From the IMG/VR virus record IMGVR_UViG_2974512403_000001, positions 15,222-79,221 of that record: a stretch of DNA of 64,000 nucleotides. One strand, written 5' to 3'. A program made the position numbers and the translations under genes. Positions 29,501 to 39,127 of the stretch are shown here, piece after piece. How positions within the stretch are numbered: position 1 is the first letter of the stretch; each line of letters starts with the position of its first letter. The stretch is from a virus. Taxonomy: Duplodnaviria; Caudoviricetes. Below the pieces are notes generated by a model. That model was given only the letters and a program-made list of their open reading frames with translations. It ran no database searches and had not been told where the DNA came from.

Positions 29501-30436
29501 GGTGCCTTAAATTGCTTTGATGAAAATAGACGAAAACTGATGATTAACTATATCTCGAAGATCGTTGAGCCAAAGAAGAAATTGACAACTGTTCAAATTA
29601 AAAAAATTGGTAACTACATTCCAAAGGAATTTGAGAATCAAAAGAATGCTTATCTAATGAAAGACTATGTCAAAAATGACAAAACATTATATGACAGTCC
29701 AATTGGACGATGGTTTTTAAATGTTATTAAACCGCTTATTTCTGATTACGAGAGTACACTTAGAAATAAGCCAGAAGGAGACTTTTGGAGCATTGAATAT
29801 GGTAAAATTATCATAGATTCAAAACGTTATAATAAGTGGTTTAATGAGTATTCTAAGCCACTTAAAGATTGGTTGAAAACGGATGAAGCTATTAATATTG
29901 AAAGAAAGGTTAGATGCTCTGAAATTTGGAAGAAAGAGTGCCAAGGGAACCCAGAACACTGGGCATTTGAAGCCTTAAACTTCTATCCAGAAAAACATGA
30001 ACTTGAAGTATCGAATTTATGGAGCCAACTGCCATACAAATCTTTTAATGATCTAAGTCCAGAACCAAAACTAGTCAAAACAGTTAAGTCAAAAAACGGA
30101 CGGGAGTTCAATATTTATCACACATATATTATCGCTGGTACAATTGTTGCAAAGAACAATGTAAAATCAACTGTTAGTTTACTAACTCCAGATGGACTTG
30201 CGATTGTATCTCTTGGCAGAAACACATATTCTAAGATCGGTAAAAAAGAAATGGTGGGAAAAGGCAAAAATAGAAAGTGCATTTCAGATAGTTGGTTAGA
30301 GCGGGGCGAGATGCTCGTGGTGACTGGCTATCGGCAACAGGATTCGTTCAGACTTAGAAAAGATAGTAATATGAGTACAACGGTGATGCTGGCCAAAGGA
30401 TTTGGAGATAATATCGTATTACAATTTGAAAAGTAA
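26576..30436 (+). CDS. dnaE: DNA polymerase III alpha subunit (DnaE-type)
   Basis: PHP domain (LHGHTD, FTGHE, TTDAHY), GPGRGSS, YPDIDTD, KFDFL, C-terminal OB fold; likely ATG 26576. Confidence 0.93.
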   Translation: MNKQELIEYGYGNLHGHTDLSSNLRLLDSSITVKEMLDYSTKIGMKAISFTGHEALSDHIKAERYFHSNPDKFKNIKLVLGNEIYLVDRDEMQEAENNNEKFRFSHFLLNALDKKGHDFLQKQSSLAWSHYHRYRSMERVPSYYDEIESLMSDGDYKGHVIASTACLGSFTSQEILAYQQDNDKSHFVNVKNMILWMVKVFGKENVFLELMPSHHEEQIIVNNWLQKISAKMNIPYIITTDAHYLNEAQRPVHSALLLSRNSDRDLTAYDTAHLFSVEELFEFFDDDVLTNAFKALHGIFDRVEDYTLEHSPIVPEGRIPEFEDPKYSDFYRGKELKNIKTMVDSKYKTDRYLTKLALDGLKKYNLVDKEEYLERLDLEVGELVKITHNIGQPMSSYFIAQHDFVNIMWSQSLVGPGRGSSSCWLLNYLIGLTQVDALKYKLPHYRFLSAERVTENKASNYPDIDTDSEGTKRSNIIEKIREIYGKDKVLNFSTFSTIKTRSAIQYAGRGLNIDRPEIDYIVSLLPADGHNEWPITDALLGNDKEDRKPSKKLTEEISKYPKLKETILGLFGLVVGRSEHASGVLIANDSYTAHNALMYTPKGIAVTQFEADDSEYAGMIKFDFLSLSALDKIHSAIDMLVRDHKIEEQGSLRQTYMKYFGPEALDMTDIDMYKMLFNGDVIDAFEFSSSVGYKTLRKLNARDYLALVSANGLMRLTGGDDDELALDRYIRYQNNPDDWDKDMDSAGLNGDEKRLMHELLDDYKGVNNSQERLMQMVLKIAGYSLEEANKLRKSIAKKDKKKQEEQHQFFIKKAKSYGLRDEFANYVWDKQIAIQSGYAFSVSHSLPYTLVLMVEMNICKRFDPVYWQTAVLSVNAKTYGDELSNPDYNKLATAIGQLPKGLVTYPDINDSEVGFVPQINGQSKHILLGLNAISGIGEQEINEIIEKRPYTSLDDFMNRSSDVFSTKKMVLLIKSGALNCFDENRRKLMINYISKIVEPKKKLTTVQIKKIGNYIPKEFENQKNAYLMKDYVKNDKTLYDSPIGRWFLNVIKPLISDYESTLRNKPEGDFWSIEYGKIIIDSKRYNKWFNEYSKPLKDWLKTDEAINIERKVRCSEIWKKECQGNPEHWAFEALNFYPEKHELEVSNLWSQLPYKSFNDLSPEPKLVKTVKSKNGREFNIYHTYIIAGTIVAKNNVKSTVSLLTPDGLAIVSLGRNTYSKIGKKEMVGKGKNRKCISDSWLERGEMLVVTGYRQQDSFRLRKDSNMSTTVMLAKGFGDNIVLQFEK

Positions 30437-30467
30437 AAAAAAGAGACACTCATTAGAGTGTCTCTTT
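30435..30467. terminator. bidirectional terminator between converging blocks
   Basis: AAAGAGACACTC-ATTA-GAGTGTCTCTTT flanked by A/T runs. Confidence 0.85.
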
Positions 30468-30471
30468 CGTA

Positions 30472-30747
30472 TTATCTAACGGCATAACCTAATGTTAGAC
30501 CATAAAAATCGTATTCGTCGATATTCATTTTCTTAACCATAGCGTTAAATTTTCGTTTATCAATCTTACCATCACCGTATTTTTCATGATAGATCATATC
30601 AAGGTAGTCACTTAAATCATGTTCATTTAAGAATACAGACATTCCTTTGGCGCGTGATCCAAACAGAACTGCACGAGTGATTCCAGCTTCTCCATCTTTT
30701 ACTTCAATTTTAGCCATAAAAATTCTCCTATTCGATGTCAATTCCAA
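30472..30747 (-). CDS. hypothetical protein
   Basis: likely start MAKIEV (30717) after GGAG. Confidence 0.6.
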   Translation of the reverse strand: MELTSNRRIFMAKIEVKDGEAGITRAVLFGSRAKGMSVFLNEHDLSDYLDMIYHEKYGDGKIDKRKFNAMVKKMNIDEYDFYGLTLGYAVR

Positions 30748-31702
30748 ATGCGTTACTTAACTTGTCATCATCATGATTCTTCAAATAACCCTCAGTAGTT
30801 TCTGAGCTGGAATGATGAGCAATTAACTTCAAAACTTCGATTGGCAATGCGTCTTTTCCAGATTCGATTAGAACGTGGTGGGTGCCCATAGAGTAATTTT
30901 CAAGCCCAGTCCTTCTGAAATCATGAGGATGGATAGTAATTTCTTCTCCAGTAATTTTGGATAAAATACGTCCAAACTGGTTGCACCATTCATAAAAAAC
31001 GGAATAGTTGATCCGATGTCTTTTATCACCATAATCTGAAACCCACAATGAATCAATATCATCTTCACCACGCTGTTTTAAATATAGGTCTGCAAGCTGT
31101 TGGGTACGTTTAAAATAAATTAACTGGAATCTTTTTGCACGTTTACCGATGACTGTGTTCGTTTGATTAGATTTAACAAAGTCTTTTTTGTTTACTTGAA
31201 GAATTTCATTTCTTCTACCACATGATTCGTAGGCCAAACTTACAAACAAAGCCTTCTCATATTTCTTATGTCGGACTAAATAATCTAATAACGTGTTAAT
31301 TTGTTTATCAGTTAAATAAGTGTGAGACTTAACTGGTTCTTTAATTAGACCTTTAATGGCGTGCATTTCGTTAATGTCATAGTCATAGTCTTCACTAATC
31401 ATTAAATACTCTAAGAAATTTCTTAAGCTACTTTGGAAACGATTAATCCTAGCGTGGCTAGTGCCATCGCGTTGCATCAACAGAAAGAAATTTCTAAAGT
31501 CCTTACGTTTCAATTGTAAGACGGTTTTCTTAGGAAACTTTTTATTTGAATAACACAAAAAACCTTTAATGTCAGCACTATATTGATAACGTGTCTTAAC
31601 AGCACGTCCATTGGCTTCAAGTTCTAGGAGATAATCATCTAAAGCTTCTTTATCTTCATCTTTAACTTTATTGTCCCAAACTTCTTGGTCAAATAGTTCC
31701 AT
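30728..31702 (-). CDS. tyrosine recombinase/integrase (XerC/D-like)
   Basis: catalytic R (CGRRNE), HPHDFRR, AHH, TEGY. Confidence 0.88.
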   Translation of the reverse strand: MELFDQEVWDNKVKDEDKEALDDYLLELEANGRAVKTRYQYSADIKGFLCYSNKKFPKKTVLQLKRKDFRNFFLLMQRDGTSHARINRFQSSLRNFLEYLMISEDYDYDINEMHAIKGLIKEPVKSHTYLTDKQINTLLDYLVRHKKYEKALFVSLAYESCGRRNEILQVNKKDFVKSNQTNTVIGKRAKRFQLIYFKRTQQLADLYLKQRGEDDIDSLWVSDYGDKRHRINYSVFYEWCNQFGRILSKITGEEITIHPHDFRRTGLENYSMGTHHVLIESGKDALPIEVLKLIAHHSSSETTEGYLKNHDDDKLSNAFGIDIE

Positions 31703-31758
31703 TGTCTCTCACCATTCCTTTTCATATACTATATGTATGCCCCTGATCGGGGCGATTG

Positions 31759-32181
31759 TTAAGCTTGACTAGCCTGTGATTCTTGTACAGCAGATTCACT
31801 CGTTACAGGAGCAACGGCAGATTCTACTTGAGATGATGCAATAGAAGCTTGTGATTCTGCAACGGATGCTTGTGATGCGGCCTGTGATACAGCTTGACTA
31901 GCTGCTTGTTTTGTGTTATTGACTTCGCTTTGAACTTCTGTCTCAGCGTCTTCTTGGATCGTTGGGGCTGATACAGTTTGAACATCGGTCACAACACCGA
32001 GCATACCAAGAATCGTTAATACCGTGTTAATAACAGCAACAATACTGGTCCAGTCTCCAGGGAATTTAATCCCAAAGGCAAACAATACTTGTTGGATCAA
32101 CACGATCAATAATGAGATAATCCCAGCAATTAACTTACCATTTAAGCTTCCATCAGCATTCTTAAAACTAATTTTTTTCAT
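31759..32181 (-). CDS. holin
   Basis: MKKISFKNADGSLNGKLIAGIISLL..., two TM segments, Ser/Ala/Gln tail; likely ATG 32181. Confidence 0.8.
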   Translation of the reverse strand: MKKISFKNADGSLNGKLIAGIISLLIVLIQQVLFAFGIKFPGDWTSIVAVINTVLTILGMLGVVTDVQTVSAPTIQEDAETEVQSEVNNTKQAASQAVSQAASQASVAESQASIASSQVESAVAPVTSESAVQESQASQA

Positions 32182-32464
32182 TTTTTTCAGCTTCCTTTTC
32201 ATATAGGTGTTTAAATTCCATATCGTGACCATCTAGTCGCCCTTCGGCCTTAATAATTCTATTTTCAAGACCATTAATCTGATCGGCGCTTTGTTGTCTG
32301 AACTTCATGCTCTCGTCAGTAAATTTGTCAATTCTGTTGCTCACTTGATTAAGTGGGTTCCTGACAGTTTTGTTTAAAATCCAATTAGCTAAAACGCAGA
32401 CACTTGTTATGATCGCCACAATTGACCCCCATTCGTCCCAACCTAAACCGAGAAAAATGTGCAT
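32168..32464 (-). CDS. single-TM coiled-coil lysis-module protein
   Basis: WDEWGSIVAII TM segment then coiled coil; between lysin and holin. Confidence 0.65.
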   Translation of the reverse strand: MHIFLGLGWDEWGSIVAIITSVCVLANWILNKTVRNPLNQVSNRIDKFTDESMKFRQQSADQINGLENRIIKAEGRLDGHDMEFKHLYEKEAEKNEKN

Positions 32465-32466
32465 GA

Positions 32467-33852
32467 TTACCGCACCACCAAACGTTGTCCAGGATAAATG
32501 GTCGACCAAGAATAAATACCATTTAAACTGGCTAATTTTGACACAGTTGTACCGTTATCATTGGCAATCTTCCACAAACTATCACCTGAAACGACCGTGT
32601 GATACGTGTGAGAGACACCAACAACTCGCTTACCGTAGCTTTCACCACCATTTACACCTAATGCAATGTAACCGTAGTAACCGTTAGATCGTAAGTATCT
32701 CGCCCAAACATAGTCAGACTTGATAATTACTTGGTTGTACTGAACGCTTTCACCACTAAAGTAAGTAGCTACCTTAGAGTACCCAGTTCCTGCCCCAGAA
32801 CGTACATTTAAAGTTGTGTTAGGGTAGAAAGTGCCATTTTGGTTGTAGGTTTGAGAGCTTGCTTTGTTATTTGAAGTTGAGTTTGAACTAGAACCTTGCT
32901 TTGTAACATGTTCTGCTAATGTCCAACCAACAGCAGTGCTACCACTCTTTAATAGTAACATCTGGTTTGACTTACCCTCAGTGACTTGTTTTACTTGGCC
33001 AACCGTATAAGTCTTATGAAGAACAGAGCTTGAAATTGGCGTCTTGGTGTCTCCAGCATCCCATTTTGCGACACTAGAATTAATCTTAACTTTATCACCA
33101 ACTTTATATCCACCGACATAATACTTGGTTACATCTTGCTTGTTGGCTGCGTTGTCGCCAATCCACCACTTAACAGGATGCTTTGAGGTGATAACCTTGT
33201 TGGTATCAACTGCTAAACTAAGGCTTGTTGAATAACCAGAGTCTGTGTGTTGCCATAAAGCCGGGTCTTTGAGATAATGATTGCTGTAGTTTGCTTCCCA
33301 GAATCCGTCGTAATTACTCATTGATCCGATGTAGTTATTGTAGAAATAACTGCCGGAATACAAGATAACTGGACGCTTGGTCAAACTTTGCATCTCACTA
33401 CCCCACGCTGAAACAGCACTTGAATAACTACCAGAAGTAGTTGTCATTTCTTCGGCATCGTTAGCAAAAAACTTAGCATGTGGAGCGCGACTATGCAGAT
33501 CCTTCGCTTCTTGTTTGGCATCCGCAGCGTTGATATAACGCGAATACGAATAAACGCCATATGGTGTCCCAGCCTTTTCAAGATTAGCAATAGTGTTTTT
33601 ATATTGCACATCTTGATAATTAGATCCGTACTGAACCCGCACAATAACAAATGACGTCTCAGATTTTAATGCAAGCGCCTTTTGATAGGTAACTGCGCCT
33701 TGCCATTCTGAAATATCAATAACCTTTTTAACAACCGCACCATCGCTAGTATTAGCAGCTTTAGCTGTTTGTGGTAAGGCCGTGGATCCAAACACTCCTA
33801 GTGCCAGAGCAGTCATGGAACCATATAGTGCACGTTTTACTTTATTTTTCAT
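32467..33852 (-). CDS. signal-peptide endolysin: GH25 muramidase + SH3b + LysM
   Basis: N-terminal signal peptide ending AKA, IDISEWQG/NDAEE/LWQHTD, TTLNVRSGAG, HTVVSGDSLW. Confidence 0.9.
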   Translation of the reverse strand: MKNKVKRALYGSMTALALGVFGSTALPQTAKAANTSDGAVVKKVIDISEWQGAVTYQKALALKSETSFVIVRVQYGSNYQDVQYKNTIANLEKAGTPYGVYSYSRYINAADAKQEAKDLHSRAPHAKFFANDAEEMTTTSGSYSSAVSAWGSEMQSLTKRPVILYSGSYFYNNYIGSMSNYDGFWEANYSNHYLKDPALWQHTDSGYSTSLSLAVDTNKVITSKHPVKWWIGDNAANKQDVTKYYVGGYKVGDKVKINSSVAKWDAGDTKTPISSSVLHKTYTVGQVKQVTEGKSNQMLLLKSGSTAVGWTLAEHVTKQGSSSNSTSNNKASSQTYNQNGTFYPNTTLNVRSGAGTGYSKVATYFSGESVQYNQVIIKSDYVWARYLRSNGYYGYIALGVNGGESYGKRVVGVSHTYHTVVSGDSLWKIANDNGTTVSKLASLNGIYSWSTIYPGQRLVVR

Positions 33853-33914
33853 TCTGTATGCACCTTTCTATAATATTTCGTGATTTATTTCGATTTAAAA
33901 TTCAAATTTTATTG

Positions 33915-35114
33915 TTACTTAGGGTTGATGACAATATCAGCAGAAACTTGCAACTGCATTGACGTTGTGATTGCTGTCGCGGTTCCGGCAGTATTATGCT
34001 TAATTACCGATACTGCACCACTCGGTTGCCAAAACAATGTATATAAATTAAAATTAGACCCCTGCTGAATAACACCAATCCTCTCTGTAATAGTACCAAT
34101 AGAAGAAGGTAAATTAAACAATACGGGAGTAGCTCCAGCTTCAAGGTCTGCACTTGGAGATACAAAACCACTAACATGCAAAATGTTTCCAGTTAATACG
34201 TATTTTAAGGCTCCTGTACTACTGGTTGTGCCTGCTCCGTAGAATGCTGGCTCAACATCTAAAGTGCCAGACGTTTGAGTAACAAGCTTCTTCCATGGGT
34301 GAGTAATAAATGCGCCGTTACCATCTGTTTCGATAGATGTTGTGTAAATATCACGAGACTGGTATGGATGAAGTTCAAGTTGATTATAAACCCACGTAGG
34401 GTTACCAGCAGAACCTGCTGGTCTATTTGCTGGTGAAGCAGTTTTAATATCAAGTGTGAATACCGTTGTCACAGGACAGTTCAATAATGAACCGGCGGCC
34501 GCGTTAGAGTTGACGCACAAATGCTCTGTATTGCCAGTATTGTTAACGTGGGTAAATAAATCAGTACCATTAGGAATAGAAGTGTACTTTATTTTATTGT
34601 CAATAAGTGTGTTTACTTGGTCGTTAGTCATGACGCCTTGCGGACCAATAGGCCCAGTATCACCCTTGTCACCCTTAGCAATCGTGCTGGCGGCTTTGTT
34701 CATCGCCTTAACAAAGTCATCATAACTAATTGATGTGATAACTGAACCAGATTGACTTTCAATGTTATTATTGATTGTAAATCCTGTTAAAGCACCACTA
34801 GGGTAGATAGCAACTCCGCTATCATAAGTCACCCATACTTCTAACAAGTAAGACCCTGCTGGAAGACCACTCATAAAGTCAGAATCAAATTTAATAACCA
34901 CTTGACCAGACAGGGGATCTGGAATATTATCAGAAGTGACTGTTTGTTCTTTCAGGTAGCCGGTGCTATTACCTATCTTAGCAATAATACTTGTTGCGTT
35001 AGTAAGGTCAACAGGGTTGCTATCTTCGCCCAATACCATTGTGAAACTGGTAGTCGTATCACCAATTTTTACGGTTTGAGCAGAAGTATCAGCATATTCT
35101 AATGTCTTTGCCAA
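33915..35114 (-). CDS. baseplate upper / receptor-binding protein with short collagen-like stretch
   Basis: VKIGDTTTSF N-terminus (BppU-like), GDKGDTGPIGPQG. Confidence 0.7.
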   Translation of the reverse strand: MAKTLEYADTSAQTVKIGDTTTSFTMVLGEDSNPVDLTNATSIIAKIGNSTGYLKEQTVTSDNIPDPLSGQVVIKFDSDFMSGLPAGSYLLEVWVTYDSGVAIYPSGALTGFTINNNIESQSGSVITSISYDDFVKAMNKAASTIAKGDKGDTGPIGPQGVMTNDQVNTLIDNKIKYTSIPNGTDLFTHVNNTGNTEHLCVNSNAAAGSLLNCPVTTVFTLDIKTASPANRPAGSAGNPTWVYNQLELHPYQSRDIYTTSIETDGNGAFITHPWKKLVTQTSGTLDVEPAFYGAGTTSSTGALKYVLTGNILHVSGFVSPSADLEAGATPVLFNLPSSIGTITERIGVIQQGSNFNLYTLFWQPSGAVSVIKHNTAGTATAITTSMQLQVSADIVINPK

Positions 35115-35130
35115 ACCAAATCATTCCTTT

Positions 35131-35553
35131 CTATCGCTTATCAAAGTCAACATCTAATGCAATACATAATGCGTCATAACACGTTGCTTCATCGCCAGAC
35201 ACATTAATATCTGCATTCAATAAGAAGTCTTGGCAGTCTTTTTTGTGATGTGAATAGGTAGCTTTTTCAATTTCGCCATTTTCCATCATTAATTCAAAAT
35301 ACGATTTTCTGAAAGCTACATCATTTTCAGGCGTAAAGTTGTATTGACCGTCTTTAACAATCAATTCACCTTTATCGTCTTTATCGGCGTATTCTTTAAT
35401 TAGGTCTTTTTGAAGACCAACGATTTCATCATTTTTATCAGACAACATTTTAATTAAACGAGTCCTAGCAATTGATTGATAGCCAGCAAGTGGCAATCTC
35501 TTTAGGAACTCAATTGATGGTGCAACAAATTGGTTTTGTAATTCAAATTTCAT
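35131..35553 (-). CDS. DUF1617-like protein
   Basis: SIARTRLIK...LIKEYADKDDKG pattern; typical position. Confidence 0.65.
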   Translation of the reverse strand: MKFELQNQFVAPSIEFLKRLPLAGYQSIARTRLIKMLSDKNDEIVGLQKDLIKEYADKDDKGELIVKDGQYNFTPENDVAFRKSYFELMMENGEIEKATYSHHKKDCQDFLLNADINVSGDEATCYDALCIALDVDFDKR

Positions 35554-35566
35554 AGCTTAATTCCTC

Positions 35567-35788
35567 CTATTTTTCTTCGCTAGTTGGTCTTAATGCTGTT
35601 AAACTGTCAATCAGCGTATTAAGAACTTTTAACTTAACATTATCGACACCACCTACAATAGCAGTGTTAAATTCGTCCATAGTAATACTTACTTGTGAAC
35701 TAATTGCCAATGTGTTAATCTGAACACTAATAGTCATAATGTTATTTGTGTAATCTGGTTTATAATTCATAATTAAGATGTTATTCAT
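35567..35788 (-). CDS. hypothetical tail-module protein
   Basis: GGAGG RBS. Confidence 0.6.
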   Translation of the reverse strand: MNNILIMNYKPDYTNNIMTISVQINTLAISSQVSITMDEFNTAIVGGVDNVKLKVLNTLIDSLTALRPTSEEK

Positions 35789-38700
35789 TTAATTTGTCCT
35801 CCAGTTTGTTTAACCTTGATTCTAGTTCCATATTATGGCCGTTCAAGGCAGAAATTTGTTTTTGTTGTTCTTGGATAGTTGCTAAAGCGGCATTTAACAG
35901 CACACTGTTATCAACACCGCTTAGTTTTCCATTTTCATCACGATTAATAAAAATGTCTGGTAACTGCCACTGCTTTGTTTCGTTAACGTCATCAACGATA
36001 CCAGACAACCTAATGTGACTGGTGTTATCATCTGTTTTATATTGATAGGTTGCTAAATCAATCGCATTAACTAATTGTGCCCAGTAAGCAGTATCTGCTT
36101 TCTTTACGTCTCGCTTAACACTAAGTAGTGATGAATTAACAAGGCTTGTGTAATGAACTGCACCAGCATAAATATCAACAGTTCCACCTCCGCCTTTAGC
36201 AAAGTGGATAGCGCCCTTATCAGCACTAGTAACTGTGTGACCAGTATTAATCTGGATATTTCCGACGTCTAGTTCGCGATTAAACTGAATAGGATTGTTT
36301 CCAGACGTGTCTGTACCAAAGTTCGCAATATCAGATCCTGAAAAATTGGTAACTCGCCACCAAGTAGAAGCTTGGTCTGCAATGATATTTCCATAACTGT
36401 TAAACGTAACACCTGTGCCATTCATTTGAAGACCGCTAAAATGAATAGATTGTGTGCTACCCCACAGGTGGATTCCGTTTAGTGGGCTAAGAACAACTTG
36501 ACCTGTTAGTTGATTACCAGAAACAGATTGCGAGAACGACGTGTCTTTACCATTCGTAAATCCAGAGTTTAGCGAGATTGCATCACCACTAAAGTTACCA
36601 TCATAAGCCTCGTATTGACTACCAGAAGCATTTATAGCACGGTACATAGTTCTTAAACCGCCACCACTCATCTCTGTCCTTAGAGCGTCCATCGAGTTAA
36701 ATAACGTCGTAGAAGCTTTGCCAGTAGGTTCGATGGTAAACGGATAAAAATTACTAGTATTATTAGCATTATTGATAAGGTCTCCACCGTGAAAAGTAGT
36801 TGCATTAATGGTTGAACCGCTAATGATACTACCTAAAACAGTACCGGCACTAACAACATTACCGGCGTCTGGTTGGTAGCCAGTTGAATGAGCAGTTTGT
36901 GTCAACATTGGTTGACTCCACGCGACGTGTCCCTTACCGTTATAAGCCCAAAATTGCAAAGCCACGTACTTGGCGTTGCTTGGGGCGACCACGTTATCAA
37001 TGGTGAAATAAATACTGCCACTATCCCCACCAGTTGCTGTGTAGTTAAACCCCTTAAAACCACTAATACGTGAATTACTATTCTTATCAGTGAAGAACGC
37101 TAGAGCACATTGGAACGACATTCCACTAGCAGAACCGTAGTCTCTGAAAGTTCCAGAAGCACTATACGGAATACCAGTCTGTGTCACAGGCTGATAATAG
37201 GTCGTCGCGTAATTATCCCAACCTGTCGTCGTGCTTGCCCAGGCTATAGCTGGCAAACCATCGTATAAAACGGTGTCGGAATAGTAACCTTCACCATTCA
37301 TATTCCAACCAGGAATATATGTCCCGTTGCCGCCAGACAACGATGAATTATAAACTAAGTTTGTTGAACCACGAATGATTAAACTTGTGGCGGTGACAAG
37401 ACCGTTCGAGTCTACTGTGAAAGTCCCGTTGTTAGTCGTAAAAGTATTGGCCGCGATGTCAGCCGCTGTCAATTTCTTGCCAACAAGGAGTGTGTCAATA
37501 TTCGCGCTTTTCATAATAACAGGGTCGACACTATCAAGGAAAACACTTTTTCCAGATAATGTTAATTGACCACTAGATGAAATCAAAGTGTTACCAGCTT
37601 GTAAGTTGATTTCGTCAATTAGGTCGTCTTTTGACACCTTAATTAACACGTCGTTAATTGTCTGTGAAATCATGGAGTCTTGACCACCATAAATATAGTT
37701 TGTCGCAGTGTCACCTGGTTCCATCTTTAGCTCAGTAAAGAATAAGCCAGAAGAAGCTCCATTGTTAGAACCGATATTATCAACTCTGATATAACCCTCA
37801 TTGTCATTAGCACCAGTCGTAAACGTAACTGTATACTGGTCTATATGTGACGGAGAAGTTACCAGATTCTTGAATAAACCATGGACTGTATCATAATCAC
37901 TGGTGGAACCATAAGAACGTGACAGGAAAAATACATTGGCCCCAATAACATTAGATGAAGCAAACGCTTTAAATTGGAACGTATACTTTGTGTTTGGTAA
38001 TACTGAAAAACGTAATGAGCCAGCGGCGCAAGTTGCGTTCTGCGCTGTATTGAGGTATAATAGCTTTCCAGTACCATTTTGGTAGAAAGTGTGAGTAGTT
38101 ACCAATAGTTTTTTATCAGTTGCTCCCCAGCCCGCTAATTGCCAACCTTCTAAAGAATCTGAAAAGTTGCTAGAGTAAGGTATTAAGTTAACGTTGTTGG
38201 CGTCTTTCTTAGAAACCTTGCTGGCAATCATACCATCTGTTTGCGTTTGATAAGATTCAAAATCGCTAGAAGAAACTTTTGAAGCAATATCTTTAGCCGT
38301 TTGAGTTTTGTCTGTTTGATAAGTTCCGTTATCAACCTTTGCCTCAATCAATTTGCTTGTTTGAGTTTGGTAAGTTTGAAAGTCGGCCTCTTTAACTGTC
38401 TCCGCAAACTGACTAGCAGTTTGTGTCTGGTACGTTGTGAATGTATCGTTAGAAACCTTCGTACCCAAACCATTCTCTAATTCTGCAATGGTTAAGGTTG
38501 AGCCACCTTTTAGTTTTGTGATTTCAGCAGTGGCGCTAGTGGCAGTGTCAAGAGCGCTATTAGCTTGCGATGAAGCTTCGGAAGCGCTCTTAGAAGCTTC
38601 TGAAACAGCACTTGCTTGTGAAGCAATCTGACTGTTGGTGTAATCAACAGCAGATTGTGCTTGACTGGCCGCCTGACTGGCTGTCGACGCTGCTTGACTA

Positions 38701-39116
38701 GTGGCACTAGCTGCACTTGTAAACTTACTGTCTGTATTATTCTTTAAGGCTGTTTGTATCTTTGCAAGTTCTGAATTATAGGCGTCTTGATAATTTTTAT
38801 AAGTCTTTCGATCTACATCACTGGCGTGATCTGGATCTGTCAACACATCAATCATGAACTTGTTTAAATTATTATATGCGGTGGTTAAAGAATCTGTATT
38901 GATTCCTTCATCCTTTGCATTTTGAACAAGTACATTGTATTGTGACGTCAATCCCGCAAATTGTACGACGTTATTTTGTTTTTCAATCACAGACATCAAG
39001 TTAGGATCATTTAAATCCGTAACTCCTTTTACAGCAGTGTTTGCTGTGTCTTGGGAGTCCTGTGCAAGTTTTGTCGGATTGGTAATATTAACTTCGACAA
39101 ATGAACTTCTTGACAT
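35781..39116 (-). CDS. tail fibre with carbohydrate-binding modules and C-terminal peptidase S74-like chaperone
   Basis: Ala/Ser coiled coil, two CBM-like starts (NLIPYSSNF, NLVYNSSL), SLLSVKRDVKK...YQYK C-terminal motif. Confidence 0.8.
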   Translation of the reverse strand: MSRSSFVEVNITNPTKLAQDSQDTANTAVKGVTDLNDPNLMSVIEKQNNVVQFAGLTSQYNVLVQNAKDEGINTDSLTTAYNNLNKFMIDVLTDPDHASDVDRKTYKNYQDAYNSELAKIQTALKNNTDSKFTSAASATSQAASTASQAASQAQSAVDYTNSQIASQASAVSEASKSASEASSQANSALDTATSATAEITKLKGGSTLTIAELENGLGTKVSNDTFTTYQTQTASQFAETVKEADFQTYQTQTSKLIEAKVDNGTYQTDKTQTAKDIASKVSSSDFESYQTQTDGMIASKVSKKDANNVNLIPYSSNFSDSLEGWQLAGWGATDKKLLVTTHTFYQNGTGKLLYLNTAQNATCAAGSLRFSVLPNTKYTFQFKAFASSNVIGANVFFLSRSYGSTSDYDTVHGLFKNLVTSPSHIDQYTVTFTTGANDNEGYIRVDNIGSNNGASSGLFFTELKMEPGDTATNYIYGGQDSMISQTINDVLIKVSKDDLIDEINLQAGNTLISSSGQLTLSGKSVFLDSVDPVIMKSANIDTLLVGKKLTAADIAANTFTTNNGTFTVDSNGLVTATSLIIRGSTNLVYNSSLSGGNGTYIPGWNMNGEGYYSDTVLYDGLPAIAWASTTTGWDNYATTYYQPVTQTGIPYSASGTFRDYGSASGMSFQCALAFFTDKNSNSRISGFKGFNYTATGGDSGSIYFTIDNVVAPSNAKYVALQFWAYNGKGHVAWSQPMLTQTAHSTGYQPDAGNVVSAGTVLGSIISGSTINATTFHGGDLINNANNTSNFYPFTIEPTGKASTTLFNSMDALRTEMSGGGLRTMYRAINASGSQYEAYDGNFSGDAISLNSGFTNGKDTSFSQSVSGNQLTGQVVLSPLNGIHLWGSTQSIHFSGLQMNGTGVTFNSYGNIIADQASTWWRVTNFSGSDIANFGTDTSGNNPIQFNRELDVGNIQINTGHTVTSADKGAIHFAKGGGGTVDIYAGAVHYTSLVNSSLLSVKRDVKKADTAYWAQLVNAIDLATYQYKTDDNTSHIRLSGIVDDVNETKQWQLPDIFINRDENGKLSGVDNSVLLNAALATIQEQQKQISALNGHNMELESRLNKLEDKLNE

Positions 39117-39127
39117 TTAATAGCCTC

